A stretch of DNA of 64,000 bases from an uncultured candidatus Porisulfidus sp. (lineage in GTDB: Bacteria; Pseudomonadota; Gammaproteobacteria; Poriferisulfidales; Poriferisulfidaceae): contig OY764335.1 of assembly GCA_963668445.1 (NCBI GenBank), positions 918,346-982,345 of the forward strand, written 5' to 3'. The notes under the pieces were generated by a model that saw only the letters and a list, made by a program, of their open reading frames with translations, made no database searches and was not told the origin of the DNA. A program made the translations under genes and the position numbers. This document shows, in pieces, positions 21,673-35,841 of this stretch. Within the stretch, counting starts at the first letter, position 1. Each line of letters starts with the position of its first letter.

Positions 21673-22536
21673 ATGGCTTTGACTCCTCCGCGCCTGATCG
21701 CTCTGGCCGTGCTGGTCGTGCTGGCCTGGGCTTCAACGTTCTATGTTCGGCAGACCGAGACGGCCATCGTATTCCAACTGGGCGACATCCGGCGCGCCGA
21801 TCTCACCCCCGGCCTGCATTTCCAGATGCCGTTCATCAACAACGTGCAAAAGTTCGATGCCCGCGTGCTGTCGCTCGATTCCAAGCCGGAATTGTTCCTG
21901 ACCAGCGAGAAGAAGAACATGTCGGTGGATTTCTTCGTCAAATGGCGCATCGAGAACGTGAGCCAGTATTTCCGGGCCACGCAGGGCGATCGCACCCGCG
22001 CTGAAGGGCGCCTGACCCAGATCGTGAAGGATGGCCTGAAGAACCAGTTCGGCGTGCGCACTATCCAGCAAGCGATTTCGGGCGAGCGGCGCGAGATCAT
22101 GGACGTGCTGCAAGTGCGGTCGAACGAGAATGCCAAGGAGCTTGGCATCCGCGTCGTGGATGTCCGCATCAGCCGCATTGAATTGCCGGACGAGGTCAGC
22201 GATTCCGTGTATCGCCGGATGCGCGCCGAACGCAGCCGCACGGCCAAGGACTTTCGGGCCCGCGGCCAGGAAATGGCCGAGCGCATTCGCGCCGATGCCG
22301 ACCGCCAGCGCACGGTGATTCAGGCGGAAGCGTACCGGGATGCCGAGAAGATTCGCGGCGAAGGCGATGCCAAATCGACACAGATGTACGCGGAAGCCTA
22401 CAATCAGGATCCCGAGTTCTACGCGTTTACGCGCAGCCTGAATGCCTACGTCAGCACGTTCCAGGACAAAGGCGACGTGTTGGTGGTCGAGCCGGACTCG
22501 GACTTCTTCCAGTATTTCAAGCAGCTCAAGAAGTAG
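21673..22536 (+). CDS. hflC: FtsH protease modulator HflC (SPFH family)
   Basis: ATG at 21673, 1 nt after the hflK stop; MALTPPRLIALAVLVVLAW TM followed by an SPFH domain. Confidence 0.9.
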   Translation: MALTPPRLIALAVLVVLAWASTFYVRQTETAIVFQLGDIRRADLTPGLHFQMPFINNVQKFDARVLSLDSKPELFLTSEKKNMSVDFFVKWRIENVSQYFRATQGDRTRAEGRLTQIVKDGLKNQFGVRTIQQAISGERREIMDVLQVRSNENAKELGIRVVDVRISRIELPDEVSDSVYRRMRAERSRTAKDFRARGQEMAERIRADADRQRTVIQAEAYRDAEKIRGEGDAKSTQMYAEAYNQDPEFYAFTRSLNAYVSTFQDKGDVLVVEPDSDFFQYFKQLKK

Positions 22537-22554
22537 CCCCCGTTCCCCGCCATC

Positions 22555-22745
22555 ATGTGGGAATATATTCTGGTGGCCGTGGCGCTGGTGCTGATGCTGG
22601 AGGGCCTCGTCGCCTTGGCTAGTCCGGGATTGGCCCGATCATGGCTGGAACGCATGCTGCAGCTGTCCGACCAGCAACTTCGCTTCATGGGCCTCATCGG
22701 CGTCACTCTGGGGGTGGTCCTGCTGTATCTGGTGCGGCTGCTGTC

Positions 22746-22749
<4 letters not shown>
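22555..22749 (+). CDS. DUF2065-family small membrane protein
   Basis: 64 aa, two TM helices; conserved position between hflC and hisZ in many proteobacteria. Confidence 0.55.
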
Positions 22750-27777
<5,028 letters not shown>

Positions 27778-28065
27778 GGATGAGCCTTTCAAAAGGTTAG
27801 CAGCTTCTCTGGCGATTATGTGGTGTCCTGCGTATTCCGTATCATAGAGGCGCTTTTGCTTCTGCTCCGATAGGCGTATTGGGCCGTTTCGCAGCGACCT
27901 TTCGGCGAATTGGCGGTAGCAGTCGTGTTGGAATGGCCGTGCCCATAATAGGTTCCATTGTGCCTCATTTGGGCAAGATGCATGGGCAAGGCCCAAAGTG
28001 GATGGGGAACCGCCCGTTATGGCATAATACCCGCCCGCCGAGTCTTTTCTAGGACTGCTAGCCAC

Positions 28066-28392
28066 ATGATTCTTATCAGCGACGCATTGGCGCAGGATGG
28101 AGCCGCCGCCATGGGAGGCTGGTCCATGTTCGCCATGATCGGGATTTTCTTCCTGATCATGTATTTCATGATCATCCGGCCTCAGAACAAGCGCGTCAAA
28201 GACCATCGCGATTTGGTCAATTCCTTGCAAAAAGGCGATGAAATTTCGACCAATGGCGGTTTGATGGGGCGCATCAAGCATGTCGGTGCCAACACCGTGC
28301 GGCTGGAATTGGCGGAAGGCATCGAGGTGCGCTTGCGCAAGGATGCGGTCAGCAATGTCCTGCCGAAGGGCTCGCTCGCAAAAAGTGACTGA
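28066..28392 (+). CDS. yajC: Preprotein translocase subunit YajC
   Basis: 108 aa; TM followed by the conserved YajC sequence IIRPQNKRVKDHRDLVNSLQKGDEI. Confidence 0.85.
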   Translation: MILISDALAQDGAAAMGGWSMFAMIGIFFLIMYFMIIRPQNKRVKDHRDLVNSLQKGDEISTNGGLMGRIKHVGANTVRLELAEGIEVRLRKDAVSNVLPKGSLAKSD

Positions 28393-28427
28393 CTGATTCC
28401 GCCGAATCCCGACGTTTCGGCACGCCC

Positions 28428-30290
28428 ATGAAAGCGAATCAATACCCACTGTGGAAGAACCTGCTGGTGCTTGGCGTGTTGCTGATCGCCGTGCTGTATG
28501 CCGCGCCCAATTTGTACCCGTCGGATCCTTCGGTGCAGATTTCCTCCTCCCGGGTCGAAATCGGCGCGCAAGAGCAGAAGCAGGTCGAGCAGATCCTCAA
28601 GTTGCGGAACCTTTCGTACCGGGAAACCGAGCTGCTTGAAGAATCGCTGCTGGTGCGGTTCGAGGCTCCGGAGGAGCAGTTGCGTGCGGCCGACGCATTG
28701 CGCGAAGCCTTGTCGGACCGCTATTCCGTCGCGCTGCATCTGGCGCCTGCGACGCCTCAGTGGCTGGAAATGCTGAACGCGCATCCGATGAATTTGGGCT
28801 TGGATTTGCGCGGCGGCGTGCATTTCCTGCTGGAAGTCAATCTGGATGCCTCCATCAGCCGGGCCTACGACCAGCATGCCACCGACATTCGCACATTGCT
28901 GCGCGAGCAGGATCTGCGCTACCGCAAAGTGGTCGTGCAGGGCGAGCAGATCCAGATACATGTCCGCGACGCAGCCGTTCTGGAACAGATCGAAGAAGTG
29001 TTGAAGGATGAATACTTCGATATGTTCGAAGTCGTCCAGCGCGATTTTGACGGCCGTTCGGGCATCGCCATGCAGCTGACCTCCGGGACGCGGAGCGAAG
29101 TGCGCCGCAATGCCATCAGCCAGAATCTGGTCACGCTGCGAAAGCGCGTCAACGAATTGGGGGTCGCCGAGCCGGTCATCCAGCAACAAGGGAAGACCCG
29201 CATCGCCGTGCAATTGCCGGGTGTTCAGGACACGGCCCGAGCCAAGGAAATTCTGGGCGCGACGGCGACGCTCGAATTCCGACTGGTCGACGATAAGGAA
29301 GATGCCTATCTGGCCATGGAGACGGGGCGAGTTCCGCTGGCGGACGAATTGTATTACGACCGCGACGGCGAGCCCGTGCTGCTGAAGCGCCGCGTGATGC
29401 TCACCGGCGAACATATCATCGATGCCTCATCCGGCTTCGACGAGCACAGCCGTCCCGCGGTGCATATAACGCTAGATGGCGACGGTGCCCGGAAATTCGC
29501 CAAGGTGACTGGCGAGAACGTCAAGCGCCACATGGCCGTGGTGTTTATCGAGCAGCGCGGCGCGACGGTCGTCGCCGACGGCGAGACGCGCACCGTCATG
29601 CAAGAGACCGAGGAAGTGATCAGCGTGGCGATCATTCAGGAGCAGCTGGCCAAGCGCTTCCAAATCAGCGGCCTGAGCACGACTCGCGAATCCCGCAATC
29701 TGGCATTGTTCCTGCGCGCAGGCTCTCTGGCCACGCCGATGCACATTGTGGAGGAGCGGACGGTTGGGCCCAGCCTCGGCCAGCAGAACATTGAGTTGGG
29801 CGCCTTGTCGGTCCTGATCGGCTTTCTGCTCGTGATGGTGTTCATGATCCTGTACTACCGTTTGTTCGGCCTGGTGGCCGATCTGGCGCTGGTCGCCAAT
29901 CTGGTGCTGATCGTGGCGGTGATGTCGATGATTCCCGGCGCCACGCTGACCTTGCCCGGCATCGCCGGCATCGTACTGACCGTCGGCATGGCCGTGGACG
30001 CGAATGTGCTGATCTTCGAGCGCATCCGCGAAGAATTGGCGAGCGGCAATACGCCTCAAGCCAGCATCCAGGCCGGCTACAGCAAGGCCTTGGCCACGAT
30101 TGCCGATGCCAACCTCACGACCTTGATCGCGGCGATTGTGTTGTTCGCCTTCGGCACCGGCCCCATCAAGGGCTTCGCCGTGACGCTGTCCATTGGCATT
30201 GCGGCCTCCATGTTTACGGCCATCATGGGTACGCGGGCCGTCATTAATCTGGTCTACGGGAGGCAGCACGCTCCAGTGCTGAAGGTGTGA
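28428..30290 (+). CDS. secD: Protein translocase subunit SecD
   Basis: 620 aa; periplasmic domain plus a C-terminal 6-TM SecDF core. Confidence 0.95.
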   Translation: MKANQYPLWKNLLVLGVLLIAVLYAAPNLYPSDPSVQISSSRVEIGAQEQKQVEQILKLRNLSYRETELLEESLLVRFEAPEEQLRAADALREALSDRYSVALHLAPATPQWLEMLNAHPMNLGLDLRGGVHFLLEVNLDASISRAYDQHATDIRTLLREQDLRYRKVVVQGEQIQIHVRDAAVLEQIEEVLKDEYFDMFEVVQRDFDGRSGIAMQLTSGTRSEVRRNAISQNLVTLRKRVNELGVAEPVIQQQGKTRIAVQLPGVQDTARAKEILGATATLEFRLVDDKEDAYLAMETGRVPLADELYYDRDGEPVLLKRRVMLTGEHIIDASSGFDEHSRPAVHITLDGDGARKFAKVTGENVKRHMAVVFIEQRGATVVADGETRTVMQETEEVISVAIIQEQLAKRFQISGLSTTRESRNLALFLRAGSLATPMHIVEERTVGPSLGQQNIELGALSVLIGFLLVMVFMILYYRLFGLVADLALVANLVLIVAVMSMIPGATLTLPGIAGIVLTVGMAVDANVLIFERIREELASGNTPQASIQAGYSKALATIADANLTTLIAAIVLFAFGTGPIKGFAVTLSIGIAASMFTAIMGTRAVINLVYGRQHAPVLKV

Positions 30291-31219
30291 CCATGCGCCT
30301 GCTGCCGCGTAAGCTTTCGATCGATTTTATGGGCCGCGCCCGGCAGGCCATGTTTCTGTCGGGAGCCGTGCTGCTGGCCTCCATCGGTTCGCTGGTCGTG
30401 CAAGGCCTGAACCTTGGCATCGACTTCGAGGGAGGCACGCTGATCGAAGTCGGCTATCCCGCGCCGGTGGAACTGGGTGCGGTGCGCACGCAATTGGAAG
30501 CGCACGGCTTCGGCAATGCCGTCGTGCAGCACTTCGGCTCGGCGCAGGACGTACTGGTGCGCATCAAGCCGGACGATCGCCCGGAAAGCGAATTGAGCAA
30601 TCGCGCCTTGGAAGCGCTGCGCGGGGGAGGGCAGGAAGTGCAGTTGCGCCGAGTGGAGTTCGTCGGTCCGCAGGTCGGCGAGGAACTGCGCGACGACGGC
30701 GGCCTGGCCATGCTGTATGCGCTGGCGCTGATTTTGATATACGTGGCGCTGCGCTTCGAACACCGGTTTTCATTCGGGGCCGTCATGGCGCTGGTGCACG
30801 ACGTGATCATCACGATCGGCTTCTTCTCGCTGACCCGGATCGAATTCGACCTGACTGTGCTGGCCGCCATTCTGGCCGTGATCGGCTATTCCCTGAACGA
30901 TACGATCGTCGTGTACGACCGGATCCGGGAGAATTTCCGCCAGCTGCGGCGCCATTCCAGCATCGAAGTGCTCAATGTCTCCATTAATCAGACGCTGTCG
31001 CGCACCCTGATGACGTCGCTGACCACCTTGCTGGTGCTGGCCGCATTGTTCTTTTTCGGTGGTGAAGTCATCCACGCGTTTTCGATTGCATTGATCGTCG
31101 GCGTGCTGGTAGGCACTTATTCTTCAATCTATGTGGCCGGCAGTTCCTTGCTGGCACTCGGCATCAGCGGTCGCGATCTCGAAAAGTCGCCTCCCAGCGA
31201 GGTAGACGACCGCCCGTAG
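30287..31219 (+). CDS. secF: Protein translocase subunit SecF
   Basis: 310 aa; SecF core; 4-nt overlap with secD. Confidence 0.9.
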   Translation: MTMRLLPRKLSIDFMGRARQAMFLSGAVLLASIGSLVVQGLNLGIDFEGGTLIEVGYPAPVELGAVRTQLEAHGFGNAVVQHFGSAQDVLVRIKPDDRPESELSNRALEALRGGGQEVQLRRVEFVGPQVGEELRDDGGLAMLYALALILIYVALRFEHRFSFGAVMALVHDVIITIGFFSLTRIEFDLTVLAAILAVIGYSLNDTIVVYDRIRENFRQLRRHSSIEVLNVSINQTLSRTLMTSLTTLLVLAALFFFGGEVIHAFSIALIVGVLVGTYSSIYVAGSSLLALGISGRDLEKSPPSEVDDRP

Positions 31220-31232
31220 GCGAGCGTACGCA

Positions 31233-32039
31233 TCAGTGCTCCAGGGCGGAATCGTCCCGAAGTTTCCGCAGGCGCTCCTGCATGGCTTCCAGAACGCGCG
31301 GCGTGGCCGCAATGATGTTGCCGCTGTCCAAGGGGTCGCCGTTGCCGTCCAGATCCTGTACGATGGCACCGGCTTCCCGGGCAATGACGATGCCTGCGGC
31401 CATATCCCATGGGCGCAAGCCGAATTCCCAGTAGCCGTGGAATCGTCCGGCCGCGACGTAGGCCAGGTCCAATGCGGCGGAGCCGATGCGCCGGATTCCG
31501 GCGGTGCCCGGAACCAGCGCTTTCAAGGTTTCCAAGTACGGTTCCAGATCGACATCGCCGCGGAACGGGAATCCGGTCGCCAAGACGGCATCCTGCATCC
31601 CTGATGCGGGGCGTACCCGGATGCGCCGGCCGTCCAGATGCGCGCCGCGCCCGGCTTCTGCGGTGTACATCTCCTGCTTGAATGGATCGTAGACCACCCC
31701 AAGCTTCAAACGGCCATGCTGGCGCAAAGCGATGGAGACGGCGTAATGCGGGATGCCGAACAGGAAATTGGTCGTGCCGTCCAGCGGGTCGATCAGCCAT
31801 TGGGACTCCGAATCCTCCGAAGATTCGGACATGCTTTCTTCGGCTAGGATGCCGTGCTCCGGGTGGGCCTTCTTGAGGCGGTCAATGATGACATGCTCGG
31901 CTTCCCGGTCCACGCTGCTGACGAAATCGTGATCCGCCTTGCGTTCCACCGAGACGCGATCGGTGAAGTTGTGGTGGCGGATGATGATCCGCCCGGCAGC
32001 TTGGGCGGCATCGACGGCAATGTTGAGGAGCGCACTCAT
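31233..32039 (-). CDS. suhB: Inositol monophosphatase SuhB
   Basis: IMPase motifs WLIDPLDGTTNF and the metal-binding Asp residues. Confidence 0.85.
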   Translation of the reverse strand: MSALLNIAVDAAQAAGRIIIRHHNFTDRVSVERKADHDFVSSVDREAEHVIIDRLKKAHPEHGILAEESMSESSEDSESQWLIDPLDGTTNFLFGIPHYAVSIALRQHGRLKLGVVYDPFKQEMYTAEAGRGAHLDGRRIRVRPASGMQDAVLATGFPFRGDVDLEPYLETLKALVPGTAGIRRIGSAALDLAYVAAGRFHGYWEFGLRPWDMAAGIVIAREAGAIVQDLDGNGDPLDSGNIIAATPRVLEAMQERLRKLRDDSALEH

Positions 32040-32311
32040 CGGCCTAGGCCGTGCCGTCGCCGGTCCTTCCTGCAGGCTGTGGCAGGCGGAAGGCAGAAGG
32101 AGGGGTGATGGATGGCCATAGAAATCTTTCCGGATTGGCGGCCTTATCTTGCCAAGACCCGTAGAGCGGGCCAGGGCAAAGGATATCCTGCCAGCCCGCC
32201 GCCCGATTGCCGCATGGGGAATTTTGTTAAAATGCGTCCTCTAATCTTAGCCGGTGCCGGAGACTTTCCGGGAACCTCTATTTTACAGTTTGAGAGCCAC
32301 ACGCCATATAC

Positions 32312-33253
32312 ATGCAACCGAGCACAGCGCAAACAGTCCAGAACCGGGTAGGCATGCTGATGTGGCAAGCCGCCTTGGTGCCGCTGCTTGCGGCGGTGCT
32401 GGTCGCCTTGCAATTCGAAATCATCGAGGAGGTTTATTGGGGGCCTTTGACGACAGAGATCGGCTGGGTGGTCAACGGCGTCATTATGGTCTTGTTTCTG
32501 GCTGCGCTGCTGCGCATGAGTGCGCTACTGCGCTTCTATTTTCGCGAGGACCGTGCCATCGATGCATTCGACGAGCAGTTGGATTTCGGGCTGGCTGGAG
32601 ATAAGGCCGAAAGCCTCGCCGGTACGCTTGTCATGCAGCGCTATCGGGCCTTGGAGCAGAGCCGGCTGGAATGGGAACAGCCCCATCAAACGGCTTTGGC
32701 AGGCATTTTGTGGAGTCAAGAGGCTGCACGCTTGGGCTTGATGCGTCTGATTCAGAACGTGCTGATCCTGCTCGGCGTCTTCGGCACGGTGGCTTCCCTG
32801 TCGCTCGCCCTGATCGGTGCTTCCGAACTTTTTTCCTCGCCGGAGAATGCCAGCGGCATCACATTGGTCGTGCGCGGCATGGCCACCGCCTTGTCGACAA
32901 CCATGGCCGCGATCGCCGCGTATCTTGTGCTGGCATTCGTCGCGTCTCGCGTGATCGCGGCGCAAGCGCATGTCTGCCGCCGGGTCGAGTCCCTGACCAT
33001 CAACCGCATGTTGCCGCTGCTTTCCAAAACATCCGGAAACCTGGCGCAGAACCTGCTGCATGCGCTCAGCGAATTGCAAAGCCTGCTGGCAGGCCTGCGC
33101 GATACGCATGACGCCTTGCAAAAGCAGGCGTTGAATTTGGGCGAATTCGAACGGGCGCGGCTCGAACATGAAGCCGCACTGCTGAAGCAGATGCGCCGCA
33201 TTAATCAAGCGCTGAGGGAAGGGTTCCGACTACAGAATACGGGGGCGCCATGA
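32312..33253 (+). CDS. MotA/TolQ/ExbB-family proton-channel protein with a C-terminal coiled-coil tail
   Basis: Helix LILLGVFGTVASLSLALIG matches the LLGxxGTV signature shared with tolQ in this same window; a second helix GMATALSTTMAAIAAYLVLAF; about 100-aa helical tail; start may instead be the internal Met at about 32354. Confidence 0.6.
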   Translation: MQPSTAQTVQNRVGMLMWQAALVPLLAAVLVALQFEIIEEVYWGPLTTEIGWVVNGVIMVLFLAALLRMSALLRFYFREDRAIDAFDEQLDFGLAGDKAESLAGTLVMQRYRALEQSRLEWEQPHQTALAGILWSQEAARLGLMRLIQNVLILLGVFGTVASLSLALIGASELFSSPENASGITLVVRGMATALSTTMAAIAAYLVLAFVASRVIAAQAHVCRRVESLTINRMLPLLSKTSGNLAQNLLHALSELQSLLAGLRDTHDALQKQALNLGEFERARLEHEAALLKQMRRINQALREGFRLQNTGAP

Positions 33254-34146
33254 ACATGGAGCAAGCGGCCCCGTTCGGGCAAGGCATCTTCCAAGCCCCC
33301 GGCGGCGAAGAAAGTTTTTGGCCTTCCTTTACGGACGTGATGATGGTGGTCGTCATCGTGTTCCTGCTGTCCAGCACGGCCGTCGTCTTGCACAATTGGG
33401 ATTTGGCCAACCAGGTCCGGGCGATGATCATGCTGGAACAGCAGGCCCGCACCGAAGCCGAAGATCTGACGGCGCAGCAAAAGCTCCTGCACGCGGAACT
33501 GGAGCACTTGCGCGAGCGCATGGCGCATGCGAGCGCAGCGTTGACGCACAAAAGCCAAACGCTGGCGGCCAGGGACGCGGAATTGAAAGAGGCCCAAAGC
33601 GGCCTTTTCGACCTTCGAGCTTCCACGCTGCTCGTGCAGAAGGAACGCGACCGCCTGCTGGAGGAGATGGAACTGGCCAAGGCTGCCAATGCCAAGCGGG
33701 AACAGCAACTGCTGGCCGCGCAGCAGCAATTGGTGCGGCTGGAGGAAGAAAAGGCAGGTTTCGAGAAGATGTTCGTGACGGTGGATGCGCAGCACCGCCA
33801 GACGCTGGAGGAGTTGGAAATGCTGCGGACCCAGCATGCGGAAATCGAAGAGAAGTACCGAGTGCTCATGAAGCCGGCACGCAGCGCCTTGGGCAAGGTT
33901 TCGGTCGCCGTGCGCTATACCCGGCGCGACGGGCAATTGACGACGGAACTTCGGATCCCGGATTCGGACAAATTCCTGTCCGTCGATTCGGAAACTTTGC
34001 ATCAGATGCTTGGCGACCTGAAAGAACAGCACTCCGGTCAGTTGTTCTTGCGCATCATTATCCCCACAGGGGCGAATCTCAGCTACGAAGAAGGCTGGCA
34101 GTTTTCGCTCGATCTGCTGCGCCGCTACGATTACTACTACCAATGA
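33250..34146 (+). CDS. MotB/TolR/ExbD-like plug/anchor protein with a long periplasmic coiled coil
   Basis: N-terminal FWPSFTDVMMVVVIVFLL (TM with conserved Asp, like FTDVM/ADLM of MotB/ExbD); about 150-aa coiled coil; C-terminal about 80 aa only weakly OmpA-like; 4-nt overlap with the upstream MotA-like gene. Confidence 0.55.
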   Translation: MNMEQAAPFGQGIFQAPGGEESFWPSFTDVMMVVVIVFLLSSTAVVLHNWDLANQVRAMIMLEQQARTEAEDLTAQQKLLHAELEHLRERMAHASAALTHKSQTLAARDAELKEAQSGLFDLRASTLLVQKERDRLLEEMELAKAANAKREQQLLAAQQQLVRLEEEKAGFEKMFVTVDAQHRQTLEELEMLRTQHAEIEEKYRVLMKPARSALGKVSVAVRYTRRDGQLTTELRIPDSDKFLSVDSETLHQMLGDLKEQHSGQLFLRIIIPTGANLSYEEGWQFSLDLLRRYDYYYQ

Positions 34147-34187
34147 TGCAGCGCATCGAGAACTGACGGATTCGGGGGAGAGTCATC

Positions 34188-35114
34188 ATGGCGGCATCCG
34201 TGGCGGTGGAAGGCTTGGTCAAGACCTACGGCGACCTGCGGGCAGTCGATGGTCTCAGCTTCGCGGTCGAGACCGGCGAAGTGCTCGGATTTCTGGGCCC
34301 GAACGGGGCCGGGAAGTCCACCACCATGAAAATGATTACGGGCTTCCTGCCGCCGACGGCAGGGCAGGCCTCGGTATGCGGCTACTCGGTCGCCGAACAG
34401 CCCTTGCAAGCCAAACGCTGCCTCGGCTATTTGCCGGAAGGCGCTCCCGCATACGGCGAGATGACGCCGTGGCAGTTCCTGAATTTCGTCGCCGACATCC
34501 GGCGTCCGCAGAATCGTTCGGAGCAGATGGACCGGGTGGTCGGCCAGCTGGCACTCGAACCGGTGCTGCATCGGCCAATCGACACCTTGTCGAAAGGCTA
34601 CCGCCGCCGCGTCGGGCTGGCGCAGGCCATGCTGCATGATCCGCAGGTGCTGATCATGGACGAGCCGACTGACGGGCTGGATCCGAACCAGAAGCAGCAA
34701 GTGCGCCAGTTCATCAGCGAGATGGCCCGCGACAAGACCATCATCATTTCCACGCATATTCTGGAGGAGGTGGAGGCCATCTGCACCCGGGCGATCATCA
34801 TCGCGAACGGCAAGGTGCTGGTCGACGAGACCCCGGACGCCTTGCGGGCACGCTCCCGCTACAGCAACGCGGTGACGATCCAAGGCGATGTGGCTCCGGA
34901 CGTGCGCAAGGGCTTGGCGGAACTGGACGGTGTGGCCGTCGCGGAACCGGAGCGCGAGCAGAGCCTCACGCTGATTCCCAAGTCCGGCTGCGTCATCGAA
35001 GAGCCGGTGCGCCGCCTCCTGCTGCGCCACGGCCTGCAAGACATCCGGCTGTTCATTCAGCCCGGCCGGCTGGACGACGTATTCCATGCGCTGACCCATC
35101 ATGCCCATGAATAA
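34188..35114 (+). CDS. ABC transporter ATP-binding protein (GldA-like, ABC-2 type)
   Basis: Walker A GPNGAGKST, signature LSKGYRRRV, Walker B LIMDEPT. Confidence 0.85.
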   Translation: MAASVAVEGLVKTYGDLRAVDGLSFAVETGEVLGFLGPNGAGKSTTMKMITGFLPPTAGQASVCGYSVAEQPLQAKRCLGYLPEGAPAYGEMTPWQFLNFVADIRRPQNRSEQMDRVVGQLALEPVLHRPIDTLSKGYRRRVGLAQAMLHDPQVLIMDEPTDGLDPNQKQQVRQFISEMARDKTIIISTHILEEVEAICTRAIIIANGKVLVDETPDALRARSRYSNAVTIQGDVAPDVRKGLAELDGVAVAEPEREQSLTLIPKSGCVIEEPVRRLLLRHGLQDIRLFIQPGRLDDVFHALTHHAHE

Positions 35115-35841
35115 CCTCCACGCCATTGTTCGGCGCGAGCTGATCAGCTATTTCCAGACGCCGATCGCCTACGTGTTCATCATGATCTTCCTGCTGCTGT
35201 CGGGGGCGATGAGCTTTTATTTGGGGAACTTCTACGAACGCGAGCAGGCGGATTTGGATGCCTTCTTTTCGTTCCATCCTTGGCTGTACCTGTTTCTGGT
35301 GCCAGCGATCAGCATGCGGCTGTGGGCGGAAGAACGCAAGACGGGCAGCATCGAACTTCTGACGACGTTGCCGCTGACGGTCCTGGAAGCCGTGCTCGGC
35401 AAGTTCCTTGCGGCCTGGGCCTTCACCGGCATCGCCTTGCTGCTAACCTTCCCGATCTGGCTTACCGTCAATTACCTCGGCGACCCTGACAATGGCATCA
35501 TCGTGGCCGCGTATCTGGGCAGTTTCCTCATGGCCGGAGGCTTCATGGCGATCGGCGCCTGCCTGTCCGCCGCCACCCGAAATCAGGTAATCGCTTTCAT
35601 TCTCAGCGTCGTCACTTGCTTTCTTTTCCTGCTGAGCGGGTTTCCCATCGTGCTGGACTTTTTCCAGCTGTGGCTGCCGCAGCCGATCGTGGATGCGATT
35701 GCATCGCTGAGCTTTCTGACGCACTTCTCATCGATCAATAAGGGCGTCATCGATGTTCGGGACTTGCTGTATTTCGTCATTCTGATTTCGGTATGGCTGT
35801 ATGCCAATGTGATTGTGGTTCGGACTCGGAAAGCGGCATGA
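35101..35841 (+). CDS. ABC-2 type transporter permease (GldF-like)
   Basis: 246 aa, six predicted TM helices; overlaps the ATPase gene by 14 nt. Confidence 0.75.
   Translation: MPMNNLHAIVRRELISYFQTPIAYVFIMIFLLLSGAMSFYLGNFYEREQADLDAFFSFHPWLYLFLVPAISMRLWAEERKTGSIELLTTLPLTVLEAVLGKFLAAWAFTGIALLLTFPIWLTVNYLGDPDNGIIVAAYLGSFLMAGGFMAIGACLSAATRNQVIAFILSVVTCFLFLLSGFPIVLDFFQLWLPQPIVDAIASLSFLTHFSSINKGVIDVRDLLYFVILISVWLYANVIVVRTRKAA

Noticed and set aside
32040-32130. Imperfect palindrome CCTTCCTGCAGGCTGTGGCAGGCGGAAGG upstream of suhB and of the MotA-like gene
   Set aside because: Not reported as a separate feature because the match is imperfect and its function is unassignable from sequence; it is mentioned under the main finding as a possible regulatory site.
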